A DNA stretch of 64,000 nt from Verrucomicrobiia bacterium (GTDB lineage: Bacteria > Desulfobacterota > Binatia > UBA9968), in contig DATJFG010000187.1 of NCBI GenBank assembly GCA_035495775.1, forward strand, positions 9,786 through 73,785, written 5' to 3'. Position 1 is the first letter of the stretch; each line of letters starts with the position of its first letter. A program made the position numbers and the translations under genes. The notes below the pieces were generated by a model. That model saw nothing but the letters and a program-made list of their open reading frames with translations, ran no database searches and was not told where the DNA came from. Positions 20,964-29,726 of the stretch are shown in pieces.

Positions 20964-21730
20964 ACAAGTTTCAACTCGAGATTTTCGAAGGCCCGCTCGA
21001 CCTCCTGCTCCATCTCATCAAAAAAAACGAGGTCAGCATCACCGACATTCCGATCGCCGTCATCACCGAGCAGTATCTCGCCATGCTGGAATTGATGGAG
21101 GGCCTCGACCTCGACGTGGCGGGCGAATTCCTCGTCATGGCGGCGACGCTGGTGCACATCAAATCGCGCATGCTCCTGCCTCCCGACGAGAGTGACGCCG
21201 GCGACGAGGAGGAGGGCGGCGATCCGCGCGACGAACTGATGCGGCGACTGTTGGAATATCAGAGGTTCAAGGAAGCCGCGGGCGAACTCGAACGGCGCGA
21301 TATTTTAAGGCGCGACGTTTTCGCCCGTTCGCCGGAGCCTCCGGAAAAGGCCGAGACGATTGGTTTCGAAAGCGTCTCTCTGTTCGATCTTATCTCGGCG
21401 CTGCGCGCGGTCATCGAACGGCTGCCGAAAGATTCGGCGCATCGGGTCGTCCTCGATACGGTTTCGGTCAGGGAAAAGATGAGCCTGCTTTTGCAGGATC
21501 TCCATCGTCGGGGCCAGGTCGTTTTCCAGGAGCTTTTCGCCGCGGCGGTATCGCGGCTCGAGGTGATCGTTACGTTTCTCGCCATGCTCGAACTGGTCAA
21601 AATTCGCGCAGTCAAGATTTCGCAGGAAGAAGCGGCCGGCCCGATCGTCATCGCTCCGGCGGCGCCGCTCGAAGAGGTGCAGGAAAAAATCGCCGGCGTC
21701 ATGATCGAGGATGAAAATAATGGAGCATGA
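20960..21730 (+). CDS. scpA: Segregation and condensation protein A
   Basis: FEGPLDLLLHLI, EFLVMAATL..IKSRMLLP, TFLAMLELVK. Confidence 0.95.
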   Translation: MNKFQLEIFEGPLDLLLHLIKKNEVSITDIPIAVITEQYLAMLELMEGLDLDVAGEFLVMAATLVHIKSRMLLPPDESDAGDEEEGGDPRDELMRRLLEYQRFKEAAGELERRDILRRDVFARSPEPPEKAETIGFESVSLFDLISALRAVIERLPKDSAHRVVLDTVSVREKMSLLLQDLHRRGQVVFQELFAAAVSRLEVIVTFLAMLELVKIRAVKISQEEAAGPIVIAPAAPLEEVQEKIAGVMIEDENNGA

Positions 21731-22334
21731 TCAACTCAAGTCGATATTGGAAAGTCTGCTCTTCGCCTCTGAGGAGCCCGTGACGCTGGCCCGCTTCGCC
21801 GATGTCCTGGAAGGCGCTGAGCGAAAAGAGATCGCCGCGGTCCTCGCCGACATGCAGGCTGAATACGACGCCGGTGGGCGCGGTTTTCGGCTGTCGGAGG
21901 TCGCTGGCGGATTTCAGTTGAGGACGGCGCGGGAGAACGCCGATTGGGTGAAAAAGCTCTACCGCGACCGGCCGGCGCGCATGGGCCGCGCGACGCTGGA
22001 AACGCTCGCGATCATCGCTTACAAGCAGCCGATGACGCGGGCTGAGATCGAGGCGATTCGCGGCGTGGACGTCGACGGCGTCGTGGCGACGCTGTTGGAC
22101 CGCCGACTGATCCGCATCGTCGCCCGGAAAGACGTACCGGGACGGCCGTTTCTGTACGGCACAACGCCCGAGTTTTTGCAGCTATTCAATCTGAAGGATT
22201 TGAGTCAACTCCCAACGTTGAAGGAAATGGAAGAAATGACTCTGCCCGAACCTCCCGAAGATGAAGCCCCGCCGGCGAACAATGAGCCAGTGGATAGCGA
22301 GGAAAATAGCGATAAAATAAATACTCAAGAGTAA
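21720..22334 (+). CDS. scpB: Segregation and condensation protein B
   Basis: LESLLFA, ETLAIIAYKQP.TRAEIEAIRGV, GRPFLYGTT. Confidence 0.95.
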   Translation: MEHDQLKSILESLLFASEEPVTLARFADVLEGAERKEIAAVLADMQAEYDAGGRGFRLSEVAGGFQLRTARENADWVKKLYRDRPARMGRATLETLAIIAYKQPMTRAEIEAIRGVDVDGVVATLLDRRLIRIVARKDVPGRPFLYGTTPEFLQLFNLKDLSQLPTLKEMEEMTLPEPPEDEAPPANNEPVDSEENSDKINTQE

Positions 22335-22379
22335 TCTTGAGGGACTGCTCATTCCTCACGGTTCACTTCCCAACAGTTT

Positions 22380-23150
22380 ATGGAGCGCCTGCAGAAAATT
22401 CTCGCCCGAGCCGGCGTTGCTTCGCGCCGCGAAGCGGAAAGATGGATCCAGCAAGGGCGCGTGACGGTTAACGGCGCCGTCGTTACAAAGCTCGGCACGC
22501 AAGCCGACTCGGCAAAAGACAAGATCAAGGTCGACGGAAAGCTCATCGCCCGTCCGACGCTCCGCTACGTCATGTTTCACAAACCGCCTGGGATGATCAC
22601 GTCGTTGCGCGACCCGCAGGGCCGGCCGGACCTCAGCCAATGGCTGGAAGGGCTGGGCGCGAAGGGACGCCTTTTTCCCGTCGGCAGGCTCGATTTTAAC
22701 TCCTCCGGACTTCTGCTTCTAACCAACGATGGCGAGCTGGCGCAAAAACTCATGCATCCACGCTACGAGGTGAGAAAGATTTATCGCGTGAAGATCAGCG
22801 GCCGTCCTTCGGAAGAAGAACTCGAGCGGCTGAGAAAAGGCATTCGGCTCGAAGACGGCTGGACCGCGCCCGCGAAGGTCAAAGTCGTAGAGATGCTGAA
22901 CAAGAAGGCATGGCTCGAGGTCGAAATCCACGAAGGCCGCTACCGCGAGGTGAGACGCATGTTCGAGGCGCTGGGGTTTTTCGTCGAGAAGCTCATCCGC
23001 CTACGCATGGGACCGCTGCGGCTGGGCTCGCTTGCGCCCGGAGAATACCGTCCGCTGCTGCCGCAGGAAATCTCGGCGCTCAAGAAGGCCGTCGGACTAT
23101 ATAGATCACCGCATCAGCACGCCGAGAAATTGCAAAAAGAATCCGATTAA
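22380..23150 (+). CDS. rluB: rRNA pseudouridine synthase (RluB/RsuA family)
   Basis: S4 domain ERLQKILARAGVASRR, VGRLD catalytic Asp, EGRYREVRRM; scpAB-rluB synteny. Confidence 0.9.
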   Translation: MERLQKILARAGVASRREAERWIQQGRVTVNGAVVTKLGTQADSAKDKIKVDGKLIARPTLRYVMFHKPPGMITSLRDPQGRPDLSQWLEGLGAKGRLFPVGRLDFNSSGLLLLTNDGELAQKLMHPRYEVRKIYRVKISGRPSEEELERLRKGIRLEDGWTAPAKVKVVEMLNKKAWLEVEIHEGRYREVRRMFEALGFFVEKLIRLRMGPLRLGSLAPGEYRPLLPQEISALKKAVGLYRSPHQHAEKLQKESD

Positions 23151-23333
23151 CAGGCATGCCAGACCCCATAGAGAGGGGCGCGGCGCATTCACCTCGAAGA
23201 CTTTGCCGAGCCATTGCAGCGAAGGTGGCCAGGTATGGGCCTCTTCGGAGATCCGCGTAGCCGCGAGAAGGAAATAGGCGCCGGCGAAATTTATTGCCAG
23301 CCCCAACGCGCTCAGCCAATCGGATAACGGCAT
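23106..23333 (-). CDS. Small two-TM hypothetical membrane protein (75 aa)
   Basis: ATG at 23333; MPLSDWLSALGLAINFAGAYFLL...SLWGLACLLIGFFLQFLGVLMR with two hydrophobic segments; overlaps the rluB 3' end. Confidence 0.5.
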   Translation of the reverse strand: MPLSDWLSALGLAINFAGAYFLLAATRISEEAHTWPPSLQWLGKVFEVNAPRPSLWGLACLLIGFFLQFLGVLMR

Positions 23334-23432
23334 AGAAAATTTATAACGCAGCAGGTGACCTAAAAACAGCCGAAGATCCGACAGTTGACGGGCGGGACTG
23401 TTAGGTGGAGAATCTACCTGCTCGAGATATTC

Positions 23433-24404
23433 ATGGACAGCAAGCGACACATCTTTATCGAAGACCGCATCGAGTCGCTCGACGACCTCGACCGCTGTTT
23501 TAAGGAGCTGCTCGAGCCCAGAACGGACCGGAACGGGAACAAGCAGTGGATCTTCCGGGGCTACAAAAACAGCTCCTGGGATTTCGAAACCAAGCTGCAG
23601 CGCGCCATCTTCAAGTTCGGACTCGACGTCAATAAGCCGCTCGATAAAGAATCCAAGCGCGCGCTGTTGCACCCGACTTTGAAGGAGGGCCTCGACGCCG
23701 CCGACAAGACGCACAGCGTTTCTGCTATCGAGGGCGGGCTGCTTAGGCGCTTCAAGCGCCAGTGTCATCATTACACGATGGCAGTTCCCGGCGACGAGAA
23801 CATCATGGAATGGCTCGCGCTGATGCAGCACTACGGCGCGCCGACGCGCCTGCTCGATTGGACCTATTCTTTTTGGGTGGCTGTCTATTTTGCGGTCGAG
23901 GAGTCCGAAAAAGAATGCGTCGTATGGGCGCTCGATTCCCGCTGGATCCGCCAGCGGGTAAAGGCCAAGCTCAACGATGTCTCGCAGCTCATCGACAGCG
24001 AATACGGCGGGAATGACCCGAACGTGACTCGGCGCGAGACGTTCCGCGCGGCCTTTCAGTCCGGAAAGCGGTTCGTCTTCCCGATCAATCCCTATCGACT
24101 GAACGAGCGGCTGGTGCTGCAGCAGGGGCTCTTTCTCTGTCCCGGCGATATCTCATCCTCGTTCGAAGGCAACCTGGAGGCGCTCGCAGATGACAAGAAC
24201 GGCAAGAAGGATTTTTCCGGCAATCTGATAAAGTTCATCATCAAAAATGACCCGCGGCTCAGAAAGAACATCATGCAGCGTCTTCAGCGAATGAATTTAA
24301 ACCGCGCCACGCTCTTTCCCGGACTCGACGGATTCAGTCAGTCGCTCGAAATGCTCATGGTTTTCCCGCACATCCTCGTCCCCGACCCCGAATGGGAAGA
24401 TTGA
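23433..24404 (+). CDS. FRG domain protein
   Basis: WIFRG motif, LMQHYGAPTRLLDWT...VAVYFA, NERLVLQQGLF, LFPGLDG. Confidence 0.88.
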   Translation: MDSKRHIFIEDRIESLDDLDRCFKELLEPRTDRNGNKQWIFRGYKNSSWDFETKLQRAIFKFGLDVNKPLDKESKRALLHPTLKEGLDAADKTHSVSAIEGGLLRRFKRQCHHYTMAVPGDENIMEWLALMQHYGAPTRLLDWTYSFWVAVYFAVEESEKECVVWALDSRWIRQRVKAKLNDVSQLIDSEYGGNDPNVTRRETFRAAFQSGKRFVFPINPYRLNERLVLQQGLFLCPGDISSSFEGNLEALADDKNGKKDFSGNLIKFIIKNDPRLRKNIMQRLQRMNLNRATLFPGLDGFSQSLEMLMVFPHILVPDPEWED

Positions 24405-24495
24405 AATAGCGCGGGATACCTTTTGACCCCCCAAAGGGGGAGCCTCATTGCTACACCCCTAATCCTATCCCGTATGTGCTACGCTCAAGCGAAGC

Positions 24496-25380
24496 ATGAA
24501 CGGACTGCTTTACGACGTCTTGGCCAGCTCACGGCTGCTGCGCGACTTTAAGCGTGCGTTTCGCGATGCGACGCGACTGTCGCTCAAGCTCGTGCCGAAG
24601 AACGCCGCGACTCGATATATCACCGATGCGAGCAACACCTTCTGCGCCTTGATGGCGACCAGCGCCGCCGGCTGCGGCGTCTGTATCGAGGTCCGAAAAA
24701 AATTAGAGCAGCGGTTCGAGCGCAAACTCGCACCGCAAAAGGTATGCTGCTTCGCCGGTATGGTGGATGTCGCGGTCCCCGTCGTCATCGCTGGGAAGCA
24801 CGTCGCCACCCTTTTCGGCGGCCAGGTTTTCTGTCAAAAGCCGGGGACGCGCCAATTCGAGCGGCTTGGTCGTCAGCTGCGCCATTGGGGGATGAATACA
24901 GAGCTGCGGCTGGCGAAGCGGGCGTATTTTCAAACTCCCGTCGTCTCGCCGAAAGAATTCGGCGGCGCGGTGCGTCTGCTCACGGTTTTCGCTAACCAGC
25001 TCGCGGAGTCCGCCAACCGGTTGTTGCTGGCGAAGCATCGAGAAGAGCCAGAGGCCATTACAAGAGCAAAGACATTCGCGCGCGAGCGCGCCGGCGACCG
25101 TGTCACGCTGCGCGATGTGGCGGCACGCGCCCATTTGAGCAAGTATTATTTCTGCAAAACGTTTAAAAAGTCGACGGGAATGACTTTCACCGAATATCTC
25201 TCGCGCCTGCGCATCGAAAACGCAAAAAAGGAGCTCGACGATCCGCGCCTGGCCGTAACAGCAGTGTCGGATCGCGCAGGATTTAACTCCATCTCTCAGT
25301 TCAACCGGGCCTTTCGCCGCTACGAGGGTCGCTCGCCTACGGCTTACCGTGCCGCGCTGCGCCGTCGAGCGGCCGGCTGA
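24496..25380 (+). CDS. AraC-family regulator with PocR ligand-binding domain
   Basis: FC..C...C-FAG...AVPV...GGQV PocR pattern; C-terminal AraC HTH (YFCKTFKKSTGMTF, GFNSISQFNRAF). Confidence 0.88.
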   Translation: MNGLLYDVLASSRLLRDFKRAFRDATRLSLKLVPKNAATRYITDASNTFCALMATSAAGCGVCIEVRKKLEQRFERKLAPQKVCCFAGMVDVAVPVVIAGKHVATLFGGQVFCQKPGTRQFERLGRQLRHWGMNTELRLAKRAYFQTPVVSPKEFGGAVRLLTVFANQLAESANRLLLAKHREEPEAITRAKTFARERAGDRVTLRDVAARAHLSKYYFCKTFKKSTGMTFTEYLSRLRIENAKKELDDPRLAVTAVSDRAGFNSISQFNRAFRRYEGRSPTAYRAALRRRAAG

Positions 25381-25400
25381 TTTCTCTCTCCCTTTCCACA

Positions 25401-25427
25401 CCAATATTCGCTGAGAAAAGGCCAATA
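25401..25427 (+). promoter_or_regulatory. Putative AraC-type direct-repeat operator
   Basis: CCAATA at 25401 and 25422 (21 bp period) between araC and the RCC1 gene. Confidence 0.35.
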
Positions 25428-25532
25428 CCGACGTAGCGCCTTTTCCTCCGCCGAGCGATAGTGCGACTGTCGAAGTTCGCTCTGCAAACGCGCGGATGCG
25501 TATAGCCATTTGCGCGAAGGAAAGGAGACGAA

Positions 25533-26693
25533 ATGTTCACATTTCGTAGATGGAAAACATATTTGGGCGTGGCCGTCGCAGTGTCTCTACTGCTGGTACC
25601 GTTGATGTCATTGGCGGCCAGCGTCACGCCAGGCACGGTGACCGCGTGGGGTTATAACGGACTCGGCTGCCTGGGCGACGGCACGACAACGTCATCCTCA
25701 AAACCTGTCACCGTAGGCTTGCCTGACGGCGTGAGCGCCTTGACGATAACGGCGGGCTCCTTTCACAATCTCGCCATTACCACCGAGGGCGTATACACAT
25801 GGGGCGGTGAAGTGCTCACGCCGACGAAAATAGTGTTTCCGGCGGCCGTGACGGCGGTAAGCGACATCGCCGCAGGCGCCGGTCACAGCCTGGCGCTCAC
25901 GGACGACGGCGTCTATGTATGGGGCGGTAATAGTTCCGGGCAATTAGGTGACGGCACCACCATTTCGAAGCCTGATCCGGTGAAGATTTTCTTTCCATCA
26001 TCCGTCACGGCGATTTTTTCGGTCGCAGCCGGGTCCTACCATAGCCTCGCAGTCACCGACGATGGAGTTTACGCCTGGGGCAGCAACGGCGGCGCGCAGC
26101 TCGGCGACGGCACGCGCACCCAGCGCAACGCGCCGGTGAAGGTTGCTCTGCCGCCGGCGGTGACATCGGTGAGCGCCGTTTCCGGGGGTGGGTTTCACAG
26201 TCTCGCGATCACGAACGACGGCGTCTATGCCTGGGGCAACAACACGTTCGGTCAGCTCGGTAATGGCACGATCACCGACAGCGCGGTGCCGGTGAAAGTT
26301 GTCTTTGCCGTCGCAAAGAGGACAGCGCCGGTCAATGTCACCGCTATCGCGGCGGGTTTTTGGCACAGCCTCGCCATCGGAGATGGCAACATCTACGGCT
26401 GGGGCTACGGTAGCAATGGCGAGCTCGGCTCTCCCGCTGGCTCTACCAATGTCTTTCCAGTCAAGGCGGTGTTCCCGAAAAAGGTCGGCCCGATCGTTTT
26501 TACAGCGGTCTCGGCGGGAGACCTGCATAGCGTTGCGCTGTCGAATGTCGGCGAGGTCTACGCTTTTGGTAATAATTCCGAAGGGCAATTGGGGTCGAAC
26601 AGCAACGGGGGGCCGACGCCGACAAAAGTGCCCAACGAAGGCGGCGTCATCGACGTGAGCGCAGGGTATTACCACAGTCTTGCGCTCCACTGA
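25533..26693 (+). CDS. Secreted RCC1/BLIP-II repeat beta-propeller protein
   Basis: Signal peptide followed by about 7 repeats of V.AWG.N..GQLG.G...P...I.AG..HSLA. Confidence 0.9.
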   Translation: MFTFRRWKTYLGVAVAVSLLLVPLMSLAASVTPGTVTAWGYNGLGCLGDGTTTSSSKPVTVGLPDGVSALTITAGSFHNLAITTEGVYTWGGEVLTPTKIVFPAAVTAVSDIAAGAGHSLALTDDGVYVWGGNSSGQLGDGTTISKPDPVKIFFPSSVTAIFSVAAGSYHSLAVTDDGVYAWGSNGGAQLGDGTRTQRNAPVKVALPPAVTSVSAVSGGGFHSLAITNDGVYAWGNNTFGQLGNGTITDSAVPVKVVFAVAKRTAPVNVTAIAAGFWHSLAIGDGNIYGWGYGSNGELGSPAGSTNVFPVKAVFPKKVGPIVFTAVSAGDLHSVALSNVGEVYAFGNNSEGQLGSNSNGGPTPTKVPNEGGVIDVSAGYYHSLALH

Positions 26694-26724
26694 AAAAACG
26701 AAATAGATAAAGACTGGTTCGGTG

Positions 26725-26757
26725 GAAGGCCCTCGCAAAACGAGGGCCTTCTTTTTT
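26725..26757 (+). terminator. Rho-independent terminator
   Basis: Perfect 11 bp stem GAAGGCCCTCG-caaaa-CGAGGGCCTTC followed by TTTTTT. Confidence 0.9.
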
Positions 26758-26771
26758 CGCAGGCCCGAATG

Positions 26772-27731
26772 TTACTTCATAGACTTTAGCGCTTCGTCGG
26801 CCAGCGACAGATCGGCGACCTGCGAGACCTCGACATCATCTTTGATGTTGCCGGCTTCCTTTTCGAGCGCGATCAGTCTCTTCACCGCCTCGGGCTGGAT
26901 GCGCGCGTCTTTGCTGAAGAAGGACGCCGTGAAATCGTAGGATTTCTCGGCGATATCTTTAGGCATTTGGAATAGCCGCGCGATGAGATCGATGGTCTCG
27001 CGCCGGCGTTCACGGATAAAACGAAGCGCCTCGATTTCGGCGCGGATGACTTTTTTGACCTGCTCCCGCTGATTTTTAATCTTATCGAGATGCGCCGTCG
27101 GTCCGACGAACGGGAATTGCGCGACGTCGGAGGCCTTGACGAGAATCTTGAATCCATGCCGCTCGGCCTCGAATGGCCACGGCGGCGAGATCGCCGCCGC
27201 TGCGATCCGTCCCGAAAGAAGCGCATCGAGGATGAGCTTCTCTTCGCCGATGGTGAGGAGCTGTACGTCCTTCAGCGGCGTGAGGCCGTAGTGCGCCAGT
27301 ATGAGTTTAGTTACCTGGTAGTTCGTCCCGCCGGGATCCGTCACGCCGACAACTTTACCTTTTAATTCCTGCACGCTGTTTTCCTTCGCCACGAGAGCGA
27401 AGAACGGCGCCACGGTGCTGGACGCGACCGCGCGGACGGGGAGTCCGCGCATCGCTGCGCGCAGCGTCGAGCCGATGTTCATTGAATAATCGATCTGGTT
27501 CGTCGCCAGCGCGGTGATGGCGAGCCGCGGCGCAACCTGGACGAGATCGACATCCAGCCCCTGCTTCGAGTAGAAGTTCATCTGCTTGGCGACAAACGCG
27601 CTAAGGAACGGAAGGCCGCGGCTGGCGTATACGATCTTGATCTTTTCCGGCGTCTGTGCGAATGCGGCGGATGTGAGCGTCGACACCACAAAAGCCGCGG
27701 GCAGCAGAAGAGAGAAGCGGAGACGATCCAT
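26772..27731 (-). CDS. ABC transporter substrate-binding protein (NMT1/THI5/SsuA-like)
   Basis: Signal peptide; FYSKQGLDVDLV, ELKGKVVGVT, KDVQLL, ALLSGRIAA pattern. Confidence 0.85.
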   Translation of the reverse strand: MDRLRFSLLLPAAFVVSTLTSAAFAQTPEKIKIVYASRGLPFLSAFVAKQMNFYSKQGLDVDLVQVAPRLAITALATNQIDYSMNIGSTLRAAMRGLPVRAVASSTVAPFFALVAKENSVQELKGKVVGVTDPGGTNYQVTKLILAHYGLTPLKDVQLLTIGEEKLILDALLSGRIAAAAISPPWPFEAERHGFKILVKASDVAQFPFVGPTAHLDKIKNQREQVKKVIRAEIEALRFIRERRRETIDLIARLFQMPKDIAEKSYDFTASFFSKDARIQPEAVKRLIALEKEAGNIKDDVEVSQVADLSLADEALKSMK

Positions 27732-27743
27732 GATGAGCTCTGA

Positions 27744-28670
27744 TTAAGATTTCAAGAAAGTCCAGTCGAACGCCTGCGAAGGCTCCGGAGCACGGTCAAG
27801 CTTCAGTTCCCGCTGGACTTCTTCCATTGCCGCACGCAGCGCGTCGGCGCCCGGCATGCCGCTTGCCGTCCACGTGGGCGCCGCCATTTCATAGCTCCCC
27901 TCCGCCAGCTTCAGATCCATTCCCGTCCATCTCGCGATCGCCTGAACGCTCTCGCGACGGTTCGCCTTGGCATATTGAATCGCGCGCAAGGCCGAGCGGA
28001 CCATGCGTCGCACCTCGCCCGACTGCTTTTGCATATGTTCTATCGCCGTGCCGAAGCCGGCGATTGGCGATGGCACGACGTCGCCGACGAAGAGCAAACG
28101 CGGAAAGCCTTCCTGCTCGAGCATGATGTTGTACGGCGCTTCGATCAGAGTGGCGTCGATGGCGCCCGATTTGAGCGCGGCGAGACGGTTAAGGCCGCCG
28201 CCGACGGCGAGAATCTTCACGTCCTTGTCGGCCGACAGCTTGTATTTCGCAAGCGCGGCGCGCGCCATCGTATCGCTGCTCGCGCCGAAAGACGAGATGC
28301 CGACGATCTTGCCGCGGAGCTGCTCGACGGCGGATATACCCGGCTTCGCGATCAGCGCGAAGTGTGGCTTCTCGCAGATCGTGAGCACGATCCGGAGCGG
28401 CAGGCCGCGCACCGCGGCGCGGATCGTCGAGCCGAGCGCCGTCGTATAGGCGGCATCGCCGGAGATCACCGCCTGAAGCGCCAGCCGCGGGTTCATGACG
28501 ACGAAGTCGACATCGAGTCCCTCATCGCGATAGAAGCCTTTTTCCTTGGCGAGCGCGGCGGGAAACCACGTGAGCGATTTCGACGGGGCCGACACCAGGA
28601 TCTTGCTCTCGGAAAACGCCGGCCCCGGAACGAGCACAACGAGCGCGAGGCACCAGGCGAGTCGATTCAC
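27744..28670 (-). CDS. ABC transporter substrate-binding protein (NMT1/THI5/SsuA-like)
   Basis: Signal peptide; EKGFYRDEGLDV, QLRGKIVGISSFG, ALKSGAIDAT; paralog of the neighbouring gene. Confidence 0.85.
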   Translation of the reverse strand: MNRLAWCLALVVLVPGPAFSESKILVSAPSKSLTWFPAALAKEKGFYRDEGLDVDFVVMNPRLALQAVISGDAAYTTALGSTIRAAVRGLPLRIVLTICEKPHFALIAKPGISAVEQLRGKIVGISSFGASSDTMARAALAKYKLSADKDVKILAVGGGLNRLAALKSGAIDATLIEAPYNIMLEQEGFPRLLFVGDVVPSPIAGFGTAIEHMQKQSGEVRRMVRSALRAIQYAKANRRESVQAIARWTGMDLKLAEGSYEMAAPTWTASGMPGADALRAAMEEVQRELKLDRAPEPSQAFDWTFLKS

Positions 28671-28810
28671 ACCGCCTTAGTGCATCGAATCGCGCCCCCT
28701 GTCAAGATCGGCGGGAGCGGTTCTTGGCCGGCTTGAACCCTTCCGCGGCTACATGCTAAAGGGTATGCCGGATTCAGTCGGGTTCGCATCCTGCGATCAG
28801 GAGGTGACCT

Positions 28811-29629
28811 ATGTCGATTATCACGATCACCCGGGGGGCTTTCAGCGGCGGCCCGGAGCTGGCGGAGCGGGTGGCGGCGCAATTGGGCTACCGCTGTGTC
28901 AGCCGCGAAGTGCTGATGCAGGCGAGCAACCAGTACGGTATTCCCGAGGCGAAGTTTACCGAGATACTCGATACGGCGCCGCATTGGTGGGAGCGCTGGC
29001 AAGAGGGGCTACGACTCTACCGCATCGTCCTGCAGGCGGCGATGTGCGAGGTCGCCCAGGGCGGCAAGCTCGTCTATCACGGCCACGCGGGACAGGATCT
29101 CTTTCCCGGCATTGGTCATGTCCTGCGAGTCTATCTCACCGCGCCGATGAGCTATCGCATAGACCAGGTGCGCGCGCGCGAAGGTATGAGCGAAACTGCG
29201 GCGCTCCATTACATCGAGCAGGTCGATAAGGCGCGCACGCGCAGGCTCCAGGCGCTGTTCGGCGGCGATTGGCGCGATCCCAGCCGCTACGATCTTGTCA
29301 TCAACGTCGGGCATATGGCGATCGAAAGCGCGGCGCATCTCATTGTCGAAGGGTCGCGGCGCCCGGAGTACCAACCGACCGTCGAATCCGAGCGGGCGTT
29401 CCAGGACCTGACGACCGCCGCGCGAGTTCAGGCAGCGCTCATCCTCTCACCCAAAACGCGCAACCTGACGATCAACGTCAATGTGGAGCACGGCCGCGTC
29501 CGTCTCTCAGGGATTCTCGCAAATCTCGACCTCGAGCAGGAAATCATCCGTATCGCCGAGCGCGTCCCGGGCGTCACCGGAGTCGAAAGCGAATTTGAAT
29601 CGCCGCCGATCGAGTATATGTATCCCTGA
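28811..29629 (+). CDS. Cytidylate kinase-like family protein with C-terminal BON domain
   Basis: ITITRGAFSGG degenerate P-loop, VYHGH, DPSRYDLVIN; C-terminal INVNVEHGRVRLSG...VPGVTGV BON pattern. Confidence 0.82.
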   Translation: MSIITITRGAFSGGPELAERVAAQLGYRCVSREVLMQASNQYGIPEAKFTEILDTAPHWWERWQEGLRLYRIVLQAAMCEVAQGGKLVYHGHAGQDLFPGIGHVLRVYLTAPMSYRIDQVRAREGMSETAALHYIEQVDKARTRRLQALFGGDWRDPSRYDLVINVGHMAIESAAHLIVEGSRRPEYQPTVESERAFQDLTTAARVQAALILSPKTRNLTINVNVEHGRVRLSGILANLDLEQEIIRIAERVPGVTGVESEFESPPIEYMYP

Positions 29630-29726
29630 TCTGCTTCGCAGCCGTTCCGCACAGCCGCGTATCAACTCCTGCGCTTGACAGCACAGCCGCGTCTTTATAA
29701 GTCTGGTCAATGAAAGGCAGGACCGC

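Noticed and set aside
23106-23831. 241-aa minus-strand ORF
   Set aside because: Its N-terminal two-thirds is antisense to the FRG gene or intergenic; only the final 75 aa looks like a real protein.
25620-26690. Roughly 150-bp periodic DNA similarity as a possible CRISPR or non-coding repeat array
   Set aside because: The repeats are degenerate and in frame, and they correspond to RCC1 protein blades; there are no identical repeats with unique spacers and no cas genes.
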